From Candidatus Bathyarchaeota archaeon (GTDB lineage: Archaea; Thermoproteota; Bathyarchaeia; Bathyarchaeales; Bathycorpusculaceae): a stretch of 64,000 nucleotides of DNA. Made by a program: the position numbers and the translations under genes. The DNA lies in NCBI GenBank assembly GCA_963806535.1, contig CAWDYC010000006.1:96001-160000 (forward strand), read 5' to 3'. Positions 50,171 to 60,464 of this stretch are shown piece after piece (the stretch's first letter is position 1; every line of letters begins with the position of its first letter). The notes under the pieces were generated by a model, which worked only from the letters and a program-made list of their open reading frames with translations, had not been told where the DNA came from and ran no database searches.

Positions 50171-51034
50171 CTACCTTTTTGTTGCCAAAACGATGTATTG
50201 CGATCCACTTGAGCGTAGAATCGGATATCCCTTATCAGCGTACCCTTGAAGTTTTTGTTGTATTTTTATTGATGATTCTCCCGGAAATAAATTGTAACCG
50301 CATAAAGTAAATGGACCAAATCCCACACTTGTACTCTTTAGCACTTTCATACCGCACTGAACCAGCGTCTGGTCGAATTTTTTGGGCGAGTGCTGACGAT
50401 AGGGAGGAGCGTTTTTCCAACAATTCATCGATGTGAGTAAACCTGCTCTTTCAAGTTTATATCTAAGAAATCTTCGAAGCTCTGCTATTGCAGGGAAAGT
50501 TATCGGATCAAGTAGGGTTGTTGCTCTTAACGAGTTATCCACGGTTAAGATAGCATGTCCGTTTGGCGATAGTACCCTTACTATCTCTGAAAGTGCCTTC
50601 TTAAAGTCGTGAAGCCATGGGATAACTCCTAAAGCAACAATTAGATCAAAAGATCTATTGGGGTAAGATAACTTATGTACATCTCCAGTATGAGCATTAA
50701 TCCTGTTAAGATTCCCTGTTCTTTTTGCATTTTCAATTGTAAGATTTACCATTGCCTGAGTATGGTCAATGGCTTCCACGGTAAATCCACGTTTTGCAAG
50801 AGCTACAGCAAGATAACCTGCCCCGGAGCCGATTTCAAGAACACGAGTTGATTTTGGAAGCGATAGTCCATCTACGTAGCTTAGAGCTGCAGTCTGCCTT
50901 TGCTGATAAATGATCCCCTGAATATCATTGTCTTGGTAGGTATCCCTCCAGTAAGTAGCCTGGGTATCAAAAAGATCATCTACACGTCTCTGAGAAAGGT
51001 TGGTTTCGGCATTTAAAGGTGACATATACAACAT
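50171..51034 (-). CDS. Class I SAM-dependent methyltransferase
   Basis: VLEIGSGAG, 'GDV..L.YP..SFDLI', 'EIVRVL.P.G'. Confidence 0.9.
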   Translation of the reverse strand: MLYMSPLNAETNLSQRRVDDLFDTQATYWRDTYQDNDIQGIIYQQRQTAALSYVDGLSLPKSTRVLEIGSGAGYLAVALAKRGFTVEAIDHTQAMVNLTIENAKRTGNLNRINAHTGDVHKLSYPNRSFDLIVALGVIPWLHDFKKALSEIVRVLSPNGHAILTVDNSLRATTLLDPITFPAIAELRRFLRYKLERAGLLTSMNCWKNAPPYRQHSPKKFDQTLVQCGMKVLKSTSVGFGPFTLCGYNLFPGESSIKIQQKLQGYADKGYPILRSSGSQYIVLATKR

Positions 51035-51173
51035 CTTAACTTAAATCTTCTCTACTTAACAAATAAACGATTCAAATTGTCTTTTATCTTTATTTATTAG
51101 AATATCAAGAATCATTGGAGAAAAATAGATAACTATGAGCTTCACTTAATCGACCCAAATGACTTAACAATCG

Positions 51174-52001
51174 GTGAATAAAATGGTTAACGTTAAATCA
51201 AATTCCCAACATAGGTTGCATACCACAGATTATCTAAAATCAATTGGCGTTTCAGAAATTATGCCCGCAACAAGTCCATTCGACCCAGGTTATGACCTCG
51301 TTACTTTAGCGAGTCATCTCGAGCAGAGCCATCATCTTATTTCAATTCTAAAGGTTTCTATGGCGTGCTGGATGATAGCAAATGAAGATGTCAGTCGAAA
51401 AAAGATATCGGCCGCAAAAAAATATGGCGTGCCAACAACAACCGGTGGAGGACCTTTTGAGGTTGCCTATGTCCAAGGTAAATTAGATAAATATCTTGAC
51501 TTAGTGGCTGATTTTGGCTTTACCCGAATCGAATGTGGAGAAGGTTTCACTGACATCTCTCTAAACGCTAAAGAAATTGTGAAAATGGCAAACGATAGAG
51601 GCTTAGAAGTTCAATTCGAACTTGGCAAAAAACATGAAGGCGCCTTTACAAACGACATTGTAGATGCATTGATAGATCAAGGAAAAAAATGGCTTGAAGC
51701 TGGAGCTCTCCAACTAGTTGTTGAGGCAAGGGAAAGTGCAAAAGGAGTTGGGCTATTTGACAACGAAGGAAATCTTAACATTCAATTCGCAGACAGATTT
51801 GCCAATGCTTTTGGCCACGGAACTGTTATGTTCGAAGCACCAAACAAGCCAAGTCAATTCGCCCTATTAGACCACTTCGGCAGAGATGTTCATCTTTGCA
51901 ATGTTCGAATCGAAGAGTTATTGCGAGTTGAAATTTACCGAAGGGGCCTGCACTCAGATGCTTTTAACAAAGAAAATCTCCGTCCGAGACTGCCACAATA
52001 A
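51174..52001 (+). CDS. comA: Phosphosulfolactate synthase
   Basis: D.G, 'GG..FE', 'ELGKK', 'VEARES...GLF', 'FEAP.K..Q', 'E..RRGL..D' ComA pattern; adjacent to comB. Confidence 0.88.
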   Translation: MNKMVNVKSNSQHRLHTTDYLKSIGVSEIMPATSPFDPGYDLVTLASHLEQSHHLISILKVSMACWMIANEDVSRKKISAAKKYGVPTTTGGGPFEVAYVQGKLDKYLDLVADFGFTRIECGEGFTDISLNAKEIVKMANDRGLEVQFELGKKHEGAFTNDIVDALIDQGKKWLEAGALQLVVEARESAKGVGLFDNEGNLNIQFADRFANAFGHGTVMFEAPNKPSQFALLDHFGRDVHLCNVRIEELLRVEIYRRGLHSDAFNKENLRPRLPQ

Positions 52002-52018
52002 AACAGGAGAGAAAACAG

Positions 52019-52732
52019 TTGCCGTCAAAAGTAGTTGCTATCGATTGCATAACCGAATGTTCAAAGCAATATGATAAAGAAACAGCAGTTATAGTCATTG
52101 ATGTAATTCGGTCTACGACGGTGGCAGCAACAATTGTGGAGTCTGGAAGAAGATGTTTTTTTGCACCTTCAACTGAAGGAGCTATTCTTCTAAAAAAACG
52201 TCTCCAAAGGCCATTAATGGTAGGCGAAGTTGGCGGCAACATGCCCTATGGTTTTGATTTTAAAAACAGCCCAGTAGATGTTAAAAAATATCCTGATAAA
52301 TCCAGACCAGTAATTATTGTATCTACATCTGGAATACCGCTACTTTATTCCTTGAGAAATTGCGGTTCACTTTACGTTGGGTGCTTGCGAAATTATACCG
52401 CGACTTGCAATTACCTTGCTAGACGTTATAGTCGCGTGAAATTGTTTGGAGCGCCCACCCGTGGCGAATTTCGTGAGGAAGATAAGTTGTGCTGTTCCTG
52501 GATTGCAGCAAGTCTATTGGAAGCCGGTTTCACTTGCGAAGATGCGAAAACCCTGCAAATTGTGAATAGTTGGAAGGATAAGTCAGTTACCGTATGTGGT
52601 GAAGGGAATAGTGCAAAATATCTTATAGAAACTAGGCAAAAAAGAGACCTTAATTTCATACTCAAACATGTAAACGACTTTAATTACGCTCTCACTATTG
52701 AGGGCGATGAGATTGTTAAGATACCAACTTAG
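52019..52732 (+). CDS. comB: 2-phosphosulfolactate phosphatase
   Basis: 'VIDVIRSTT', 'GE.GG...GFD..NSP', 'STSG', 'CLRN', 'EDKLC'. Confidence 0.9.
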   Translation: MPSKVVAIDCITECSKQYDKETAVIVIDVIRSTTVAATIVESGRRCFFAPSTEGAILLKKRLQRPLMVGEVGGNMPYGFDFKNSPVDVKKYPDKSRPVIIVSTSGIPLLYSLRNCGSLYVGCLRNYTATCNYLARRYSRVKLFGAPTRGEFREEDKLCCSWIAASLLEAGFTCEDAKTLQIVNSWKDKSVTVCGEGNSAKYLIETRQKRDLNFILKHVNDFNYALTIEGDEIVKIPT

Positions 52733-52737
52733 ACTAG

Positions 52738-53979
52738 GTGACGAAAGCGTCTAAATTCACTATATCGGACACAAGAGTTCCTGTTGTTGTTTTGTACACT
52801 TATCATTACGGTCAATTAGGCCTTCTACGCACATTTGGGAGACTTGGAATTGAAGTGCACGGCGTAGATCCACATACAACTTCACCTGGCTTATTTTCAA
52901 AATATTGTCGAAAGAAATTTCTATGGGATGTTGACGGCAAAGATCCTCAATCGTCAGTTCAATATTTACTAGCAGTTGCAAAAAAGATTGGGAAGCGTTC
53001 TATTCTGATACACACTACAGATAGTGGTTCAAGCTGGCTTGCGGAAAATGCCAACTCTTTGAGTGAAGGCTTTATCTTTCCAAAACTTCCAGCGCAGCTT
53101 GTTTATGCGCTAGCCGACAAAAAGGAGATGTATTTTTTAGCGAAAAAGTTTGGGATTCCGACTCCTGACGCATGTTTTCCCATTTCAATGGATGAAGTTC
53201 AAACCTTTTCAGAAGAAGCAACTTTTCCATTAGTCATGAAGGAAATGTATCGGAGTAGGTCCCCACGCTTTGGCAAAAGAATGTTTATAGCAAACACTAA
53301 AACCCAATTACTGAACCTATACAAACTTCATGAAGACTTCTCTGAGCCCAGCTTTATGCTTCAGGAGTATATTCCTGGCGGAGACGACTCTATTTGGATG
53401 TTTAACGGTTATTTTAATGAGAAATCAGAATGCTTGTTTGGCATAACAGGCAGGAAAATACGTCAATCTCCAATCCACAAAGGAGTCACTTCTTTAGGTA
53501 TTTGCCTTCACAATTCTGATGTCGATCAATTAACAAAACATTTCATGAAGAGCATAGGTTACAAAGGTATACTTGATATTGGATACAGATACGACTCTCG
53601 AGATGGAGAATACAAAGTTCTCGACGTTAATCCTCGCGTGGGATCGAGTTTCCGTCTATTTGTTGCGTCAAATGGATTAGACGTTGCCAGGGCTGCATAT
53701 TTAGACCTAACAGGTCAGCCAGTTCCGAAAAGTGAAATTATTGAGGGAAGAAAGTGGTTTGTTGAAGACAGGGATTTAATTTCCAGTATTAATTATCGTT
53801 TTGAAAAGAGCCTAACGTTTAGGCAATGGATGACTTCATATCGAGGCGTCCGAGAGAGCGCCTGGTTTGCATGGGATGATCTTCTTCCCTTCTTTGTCCA
53901 AAACTTAAGGTTTTCAAGAAAATTCATTTCAAGATCCGACAAAAGCACGTTAAACCCCTATAGAATTATCCCTAATTAA
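52738..53979 (+). CDS. ATP-grasp carboxylate-amine ligase (D-aspartate-ligase-like)
   Basis: 'R.FGR.GI', 'SKYC', 'DK..MY..A...GIP.P', 'QEYIPG.D', 'KIRQ.P...G', 'D.RDGEYK.LDVNPR'. Confidence 0.85.
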   Translation: MTKASKFTISDTRVPVVVLYTYHYGQLGLLRTFGRLGIEVHGVDPHTTSPGLFSKYCRKKFLWDVDGKDPQSSVQYLLAVAKKIGKRSILIHTTDSGSSWLAENANSLSEGFIFPKLPAQLVYALADKKEMYFLAKKFGIPTPDACFPISMDEVQTFSEEATFPLVMKEMYRSRSPRFGKRMFIANTKTQLLNLYKLHEDFSEPSFMLQEYIPGGDDSIWMFNGYFNEKSECLFGITGRKIRQSPIHKGVTSLGICLHNSDVDQLTKHFMKSIGYKGILDIGYRYDSRDGEYKVLDVNPRVGSSFRLFVASNGLDVARAAYLDLTGQPVPKSEIIEGRKWFVEDRDLISSINYRFEKSLTFRQWMTSYRGVRESAWFAWDDLLPFFVQNLRFSRKFISRSDKSTLNPYRIIPN

Positions 53980-54233
53980 GGCGTTTTTCTGGCTCTAAAC
54001 GATTGATTATAATCTGCAGTTTTAAGTTTTATTAAACTTGCATTAAATCTGCTTCTATAAAGGGAATGCTTAAAGACTGAGAGTTAATTTGGATGTATGC
54101 TTAAATGACTAATAATATCCTTATATGTTCATCAATTTGAGTGATTAACTGTGACCTCTAAAACGAAAAGAACCTTTGAGAAAGCTGCTACTTGGACTTG
54201 GCTCGAGCTAAACAGGTTATATAATGAAATTTC

Positions 54234-54867
54234 TTGGTGATTAAAATGGTATTTGCTTTAAAGACTATATTAGCTGTTGGAGCGCACCCAGATGACATTG
54301 AACTAGGCTGTGGCGGGACTATATGCAAATCTATCCAAGCAGATTCAAAAGTTGTTGCTTTGTATATGACAAAGGGCGGGAAAACATTTGATACTAATGT
54401 GCGAATGAATGAAAGCATAAAAGCTATGAATATACTGGGGGTCAAAGATATTTATTTTGAAAATTTCCCTGACACTGAAATTCCCGATTCTTATCAAGCC
54501 ATAAACTGCTTAGAAGAATATTTTACGAAGTACCAGCCAGACATCGTACTTACGCATTCGGTCAATGATACTCATCAAGATCATAGGCGTGTAGGGTGGC
54601 TGGCTATGTCAGCGTTCCGGAACGTTGCAAAGATTCTTGCCTTCGAAACGCCTAGAGTGAAGGCCTGCAAACTTTTTGCCAACTTTTTTTGTTAACATTA
54701 CAGGATTTGTTGATAAGAAATGGGAAGCATTGCGCTGCCATGTTTCTCAAAACGAAAAGCGATACCTCGCATATGAATCAACTGTCAATCTAGCGTTTTT
54801 TAGAGGAAGCCAAGTTGGAGTTCAATCAGCTGAGGCTTTTGAAATTATCAAATATTTAGATGCATAA
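54234..54867 (+). pseudogene. PIG-L/LmbE-family N-deacetylase with a frameshift near 54670
   Basis: AHPDDIELGCGG and DTHQDH; the C-terminus 'FVNIT...KK.EAL..H.SQ...AEAF' is in ORF 54676-54867. Confidence 0.85.
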
Positions 54868-55897
54868 TTTTGTACATGCCAAAACACTGGAGTTATATAG
54901 ATTGGATGAAAAGTTTAAGGTCGCTGTCATTGGATTAGGCAAGATGGGCCTATTGCACGCAAGTATATTGAGCACTCTACCAAACGTTGAACTGGTTGCC
55001 CTCTGTGATAAGAGTTCGTTGATCAGAAGATTCGGTCGAAAACTTCTCAAAGGGATACAGGTGGTTGATGATTCAGCGAAGATTTTAGATTTTAAACCTG
55101 ACATCGTTTATGTAACAACCCCAATTCCATCCCATTATTCAGTAATATCTGGTTTATGCTCCAATGGAGAGATGCCTCACTTGTTTGTTGAGAAAACGCT
55201 CTCTTCAAAATATGATGATTCGGTTAAACTAATCGAACTTGCTCAGAGATTTAAGAAAGCAAATATGGTTGGATACATGAAAAGGTTCTCAGTTACATTC
55301 AATAAAGCCAAAGAATTACTGGAGCAAGAGGCAATTGGTCAAATAATTTCTTTTGATGCTTACGCTTTTTCGTCAGATTTCTTTGGGCTCGAAGAGAGCA
55401 AACAAGCTTCATCAAGAGGTGGGGTCATAAGTGACTTGGGCTCTCACGCGATAGATATGGCTTTATGGCTATTCAAGGAATTTGAACTCAAATCTGACTT
55501 AGAAAACAAGGTAACTAAGGATGTAGCACATTTTAATGTAGAAAATTCCAAGGGAATTAAAGGAAAGTTTGAGATGTCATGGTCAAAAGAAGGCTATCAT
55601 ATGCCTGAAATTGGAGTATTAATCAGCGGAGATACAGGTAAAATCAAGGTTAATGATGATTTGGTGGAATTGCAATCAAATTCCGGATCCACAAAGGCGT
55701 GGCATAGACATGATCTCCAAGATAATGTGGGCTTTCTGTTAGGAGATGCAGAATACTATCGAGAGGACGAATACTTCGTCAATTCAATAACTAAAAAATC
55801 TCAAATTGAATCGGATTTTGTTTCCGCCTCCAAGGTTGATTATATAATAGAGAAAGTATCAGACAGAGCTGAAAACATTGCAGAAAAATCAAGATAG
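54860..55897 (+). CDS. Gfo/Idh/MocA oxidoreductase
   Basis: GLGKMG, 'EKTL', 'VGYMKRF', 'GG...DLGSH.ID'. Confidence 0.9.
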   Translation: MHNFVHAKTLELYRLDEKFKVAVIGLGKMGLLHASILSTLPNVELVALCDKSSLIRRFGRKLLKGIQVVDDSAKILDFKPDIVYVTTPIPSHYSVISGLCSNGEMPHLFVEKTLSSKYDDSVKLIELAQRFKKANMVGYMKRFSVTFNKAKELLEQEAIGQIISFDAYAFSSDFFGLEESKQASSRGGVISDLGSHAIDMALWLFKEFELKSDLENKVTKDVAHFNVENSKGIKGKFEMSWSKEGYHMPEIGVLISGDTGKIKVNDDLVELQSNSGSTKAWHRHDLQDNVGFLLGDAEYYREDEYFVNSITKKSQIESDFVSASKVDYIIEKVSDRAENIAEKSR

Positions 55898-56786
55898 ACT
55901 ATTACTTGTCGGAGATAACCCGTTCCATGGTATTAGTCATCTCTCCCAAGAAAGGGTTAGAAATCGGGGCAGACCGATAAATGACCCACACTTTGCCGCG
56001 AATTTGGTTGAAACTTCTATTCATAGCGGTGCTAACGGCTTCATGTTTTCAGTTAGCGACACCACTTTATCAATACTAAACATACTAACTAAAGACACGA
56101 CTATCGATCAAGTCAATCTCTATCCCCTAGTTCCTTACGCTTACGAATATGTCAGACTTGCTACTCACGCAGGCGGAATACCTGGGCTAGGAAAAAGAAT
56201 GGCTAAGCAAATTGTAAAATCACGAAATGCATCAGCAGCATTTTTTGGCTTAAAAGGAATCCTGACAGTAAACGGCATGGACTTAATGAAAGCCTATTTG
56301 GCATACGAAATTTCCAGAATAAAGACATCGGTCCATAAGAAAGGAATTGTGCGCTCAGTACTACTTCATGAAGTAGTGACTGATATGTGTCTAGCTTTAA
56401 ACATAGATTCACTCTTCAAGTCCTACATTGAATTTTTGCAAAGTAGAAAAATTAAGCCAGGCTTTGAAACAAGAAATTTCCCCTTCCTTTTGAAAAAATT
56501 GGGTGAATGGGAGATTAATTCAGACGATATTCTGATCGCGGCTCCATTTAATAAAATTGGTTTTTACATGAATCCATCTAAAAATGAATGTGAAGTAGCC
56601 CTCTCAACTCTCCATAAACCCAACGTTATAGCTATGAGTATTTTAGCAGCAGGCTATCTTAAGCCCTCAGAGGCTATAGAATATATTGATAACCTCCCAA
56701 ACATCAATTCCATAGTTGTAGGTATTTCAAGCGGGCAACAAGCGAGTTCAATATCGCAATTCCTTGTAAATAGCAGGCATTCATAG
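55878..56786 (+). CDS. TIM-barrel (aldo/keto-reductase-like) hypothetical protein
   Basis: 'GDNPF.G.SH', 'PFN..GF.MNP', 'AMSILAAG', 'VVG.SS'; coupled to the oxidoreductase. Confidence 0.65.
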   Translation: MQKNQDRLLLVGDNPFHGISHLSQERVRNRGRPINDPHFAANLVETSIHSGANGFMFSVSDTTLSILNILTKDTTIDQVNLYPLVPYAYEYVRLATHAGGIPGLGKRMAKQIVKSRNASAAFFGLKGILTVNGMDLMKAYLAYEISRIKTSVHKKGIVRSVLLHEVVTDMCLALNIDSLFKSYIEFLQSRKIKPGFETRNFPFLLKKLGEWEINSDDILIAAPFNKIGFYMNPSKNECEVALSTLHKPNVIAMSILAAGYLKPSEAIEYIDNLPNINSIVVGISSGQQASSISQFLVNSRHS

Positions 56787-56861
56787 CATAGATAAACTAA
56801 ATTTACAAGAATATAAATCTCAGTTTAAGAGCAAACACCAATACTAAATAAGGGATATTAT

Positions 56862-58094
56862 ATGGATAGAACTGCGCTGTGTATGCTTGCTCCAGAATTC
56901 TTACCCGTGTGGGGTGGCACAGGCTCATACACAGTTGAACTAATCAAATCATTGCCAAAAAACGTAGACATCGATGTTATCACACTAAAACGAAGCATTG
57001 ATGGAATGGCTAACGGTGCTAATAATCAAAGCATCATTGATTCAATAATAAAACGACCGATAAATGTTCACTATCTAAGTGAGTCTCATGAAACATTTTT
57101 TTATAATTTCGCATTCCAAAGTGCTTGCTTCTTTAGGCTTCCACTCATAAACAAAAAAGCTAATTTTGACTTGATTCACTCCCACTTAGTCCATATGCCG
57201 GACGTTTATCTGCAAATATTCAGGCAGGTCAATGTACCCACAGTTGTTACTTTGCATGGAACAATACAAATGCTTAGAGATCACGCTATAATAGCACGCG
57301 AACTATTTCATGATCTTGAGGCTGGGGAAAAATCTATCCTCCGCTTTTATCCAATAATTAGGCAACTGCAAGAGTTCTACGCAAAGCGCATAACGCGATT
57401 TATCGCTGTCTCTAAAGTGACCAAAGAGTTGGCTGTAAAACATTTAGGTGTTGATCCAAGCAAAATCAGCCTGGTATATAATGGAGTTGACACGGATCTA
57501 TTTCATATTCCAGATGAAGATGAATTAAACATCAAGAACTCGAGACCTTCAATTGTCTATGTAGGCCGGATTATTTCCAAAAAAGGGATTGATGTTCTTA
57601 TCAAATCGATGCCCGAGGTTCTCAAGTTTTGCCCCAAAGCTCGTTTTATTTTTGTGGGCGGCGGCAACATATCCTTTTATAAAGAAATGATCAAAAGCAA
57701 AGGAATATCTAAGGACAATTATTTGTTCACAGGTCACATGGGCTATTCAGAACGCTCAAAAATAATGCGAGAGGCAACCATCTTCGTAAATCCTTCCTTC
57801 TTCGAGAACTGTTCAATAAGTATACTTGAGGCAATGAGTAGCGGCTGCGCGGTTGTTGCTAGCAATGTGGGCGGAAATCCTGAACTGATACATTCTGGGC
57901 AGAATGGTTTACTTGTACGTCCGTTTGATCATGATGCTTTTGCAAAATCAATAGTTTCATTATTACAAGACGAGTCAGAAAACAGGTTAATAGGAAAAAC
58001 AGCGCGAATGACAGTAGAAGAATCTTTCTCTTCGAAAAAATGTGCAGAAGAAACATACAAAGTATACAAGAAAACCATTAACTCGCATCAATGA
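56862..58094 (+). CDS. GT4 glycosyltransferase
   Basis: P..GG, YNGVD, VGR...KG, 'ENCSISILEAM'. Confidence 0.92.
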   Translation: MDRTALCMLAPEFLPVWGGTGSYTVELIKSLPKNVDIDVITLKRSIDGMANGANNQSIIDSIIKRPINVHYLSESHETFFYNFAFQSACFFRLPLINKKANFDLIHSHLVHMPDVYLQIFRQVNVPTVVTLHGTIQMLRDHAIIARELFHDLEAGEKSILRFYPIIRQLQEFYAKRITRFIAVSKVTKELAVKHLGVDPSKISLVYNGVDTDLFHIPDEDELNIKNSRPSIVYVGRIISKKGIDVLIKSMPEVLKFCPKARFIFVGGGNISFYKEMIKSKGISKDNYLFTGHMGYSERSKIMREATIFVNPSFFENCSISILEAMSSGCAVVASNVGGNPELIHSGQNGLLVRPFDHDAFAKSIVSLLQDESENRLIGKTARMTVEESFSSKKCAEETYKVYKKTINSHQ

Positions 58095-58152
58095 AAACCG
58101 ATCACTAAAAAATATGCGCCTTCCTTAAACTCAAATCTAAAATTTTTCATCT

Positions 58153-59172
58153 TTGAAACCAAAACTTAGGAAAAGTCAAATAATGGCGATAATTAGCGAA
58201 ACCCCTGAAATAAGCGTTATCTTGGCAACTAGGGGCGACAAAACAGATTTATTAAAGAACTGTTTAGATTCATTGAAAAAACAAAAGTTTAAAGATTTCG
58301 AAATCATTATTGTGGCAAAAAAATTTCCCCAACAATTTCAAAGTGTTTTAGAAAGCGAGCAAATTAAATTTGTTGAGGAAAAAGGAACAACACTGGGTGC
58401 AGCTCGAAATTTAGGAGTAAATAATGCTACAGGGAAATTGGTTTCTTTTATAGACGATGACGCAGAAGCATCGCCTAATTGGCTAGAAAAAATAAGTTTG
58501 ACCTTCTCTCAATTTCCATCAATTAGCTGCCTAGGCGGACCACACTTTACACTTCAAGACAAATCCAAAAACGACCCCTTAAATTATGTCGAGGGTCTTT
58601 TTTTTGAAGGTCGTTCCCAAATAGTCTATTTTGACAAGTCAGCAATTGGAAAAATTGCGGGTTGCAATGTAACTTATAAGAAATCGGTGTTTCAAGAATT
58701 AGGTTGTCTAAATGAGAATTTAAGAACTTGTGAAGATTGGGATCTTAATGGCAGATTATTAGAAAAAGGGTACACTCTCCGTTTTGATCCGGAGATTTGG
58801 GTTTGGCATCGCAGGCAAGGGTTAAAGCATGCTTTCAAAGGTAGTTCGAGAAGTGCACCGTTTTTCTTATCTTGGAAAACGCTTAAACTCGCAAGATACG
58901 AGCCTATCATTGCTTCGTTTTATGCTTCAAATTTACTCTTTATTTTACTTGTTATTTCTTTGTTTATTTCTCCATATCTCACTGTATTTTTATTCCTTGC
59001 ATCTTTATTTGCATACGTTATCTTCAACGCGGTAAGAACTCATACTTATAATCGTAAAATCATATATTTTCCACTGGTAGTTTTACTTACAGTTGCAAGA
59101 ATTCTAGGATTCTATTTTGGCTTAGTTAAAAACGCAGCCTTTAGGTTACGTATTCTGATTTCACGTAAGTAG
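58153..59172 (+). CDS. GT2 glycosyltransferase with C-terminal TMs
   Basis: 'ARNLG', 'FIDDD', 'GCN', 'EDWD', VWH. Confidence 0.9.
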   Translation: MKPKLRKSQIMAIISETPEISVILATRGDKTDLLKNCLDSLKKQKFKDFEIIIVAKKFPQQFQSVLESEQIKFVEEKGTTLGAARNLGVNNATGKLVSFIDDDAEASPNWLEKISLTFSQFPSISCLGGPHFTLQDKSKNDPLNYVEGLFFEGRSQIVYFDKSAIGKIAGCNVTYKKSVFQELGCLNENLRTCEDWDLNGRLLEKGYTLRFDPEIWVWHRRQGLKHAFKGSSRSAPFFLSWKTLKLARYEPIIASFYASNLLFILLVISLFISPYLTVFLFLASLFAYVIFNAVRTHTYNRKIIYFPLVVLLTVARILGFYFGLVKNAAFRLRILISRK

Positions 59173-59291
59173 CAAATGCAACAATTCAGGCAGCAAATTC
59201 CACAGCAAAAATCTGCACAAAAAATTACGCCATTAAGCAAATACATTATGTTCATTTAATAATCAAAAATCGCCACAAGGTAAAATTTTAG

Positions 59292-60464
59292 ATGAAAGTA
59301 TGTTTCGTTACTAACATCTTCCCACCAGACTCTTTGGGCGGTCCCGGAGAAGTTGTATATAACCTTCAAAAATTTATGATTAAACAGGGAATAGAAGCTT
59401 ACGTATTTACATGTGGCACAAACGACCGAAGGTACGCCAAAACTATAAGGACTTTCGGGGGTAAACGGCTTTTCCCTATTGTGAGCCCACTTTATTTCAA
59501 GAAAATTAAGAAAAATCACTTTGATATTATTAATTTCCATAGCGAAAGCGGTATGGGCATTGCTCCATTGATGTATTTTAATAGAACTTCTAAAATCATT
59601 ACAACTTTGCATAGTGAAGTTCTGACTGAAAGCAATTCAACAAAAGCCGTTATGATCGCTGATTCAGTCATAGAGAACCTTAGTCAAGAAGAATTAATAA
59701 CAAAACACCTGCTTGCTCTAATCAAAATCACCGGCATTTACATGGATATTGCAGTATCAAAACGAATCATCGCCGTATCAGAAAAAACTAAACAAGATTT
59801 CCTGAGACAACATCAAATTCCTCAAGAAAAAATATCAGTAATCCACAACGGTGTTGACTCCCAGAGATTCAACCCAAAAGTTTCAGGAGAAGCTATCCGA
59901 AAAACTTACTCTTTAGGCAGTTCTCCGCTTATTCTAACAGTCAGCGGTAATATATTTATAAAAGGCACAGTTTTTGCTCTTTACGCTTTAGCCGAAGTTG
60001 CAAAAACTTTTCCTCAAGTGAAGCTTATTGTCCTTGGAGTTAGCGACAAGAATAAAGAGCGCCTCTACCCGATATTAAAGAATCTTGGAATTCAAAAAAA
60101 TGTTTCTATTATAGGGTCGATTCCTAATTTTGAAATGCCTTTTTACTATTCATCTTCTGATATAGTTCTATTTCCTTCTCTTTCAGAGAATTTTCCAATT
60201 GCTCTGTTGGAAGCCATGTCTAGTGCAAAGCCAGTCATCGCATCAAGGGTTGGGGGGATACCTGAAATTGTGAGCAACGGCAATAACGGAATTTTTGTTA
60301 GCCCAGGTAATATTGAAGAAATAGCCAAATCTCTCTTATATCTTCTTGAAAATCCATTAATCGGAAGAAAAATGGGTGAAATGGGGCGAAAAATAGTTCA
60401 AGAAAAATTTGATTGGGAAAAAGTAGGGAGAGCCTATTTGAAAGAATTCGAAAGTGTAATGTGA
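59292..60464 (+). CDS. GT4 glycosyltransferase
   Basis: FPP...GG, HNGVD, 'ENFPIALLEAM'. Confidence 0.92.
   Translation: MKVCFVTNIFPPDSLGGPGEVVYNLQKFMIKQGIEAYVFTCGTNDRRYAKTIRTFGGKRLFPIVSPLYFKKIKKNHFDIINFHSESGMGIAPLMYFNRTSKIITTLHSEVLTESNSTKAVMIADSVIENLSQEELITKHLLALIKITGIYMDIAVSKRIIAVSEKTKQDFLRQHQIPQEKISVIHNGVDSQRFNPKVSGEAIRKTYSLGSSPLILTVSGNIFIKGTVFALYALAEVAKTFPQVKLIVLGVSDKNKERLYPILKNLGIQKNVSIIGSIPNFEMPFYYSSSDIVLFPSLSENFPIALLEAMSSAKPVIASRVGGIPEIVSNGNNGIFVSPGNIEEIAKSLLYLLENPLIGRKMGEMGRKIVQEKFDWEKVGRAYLKEFESVM

Noticed and set aside
51174-52732. comAB as evidence of methanogenesis or coenzyme M synthesis
   Set aside because: Downstream com genes are absent from the window and the context is glycan biosynthesis.
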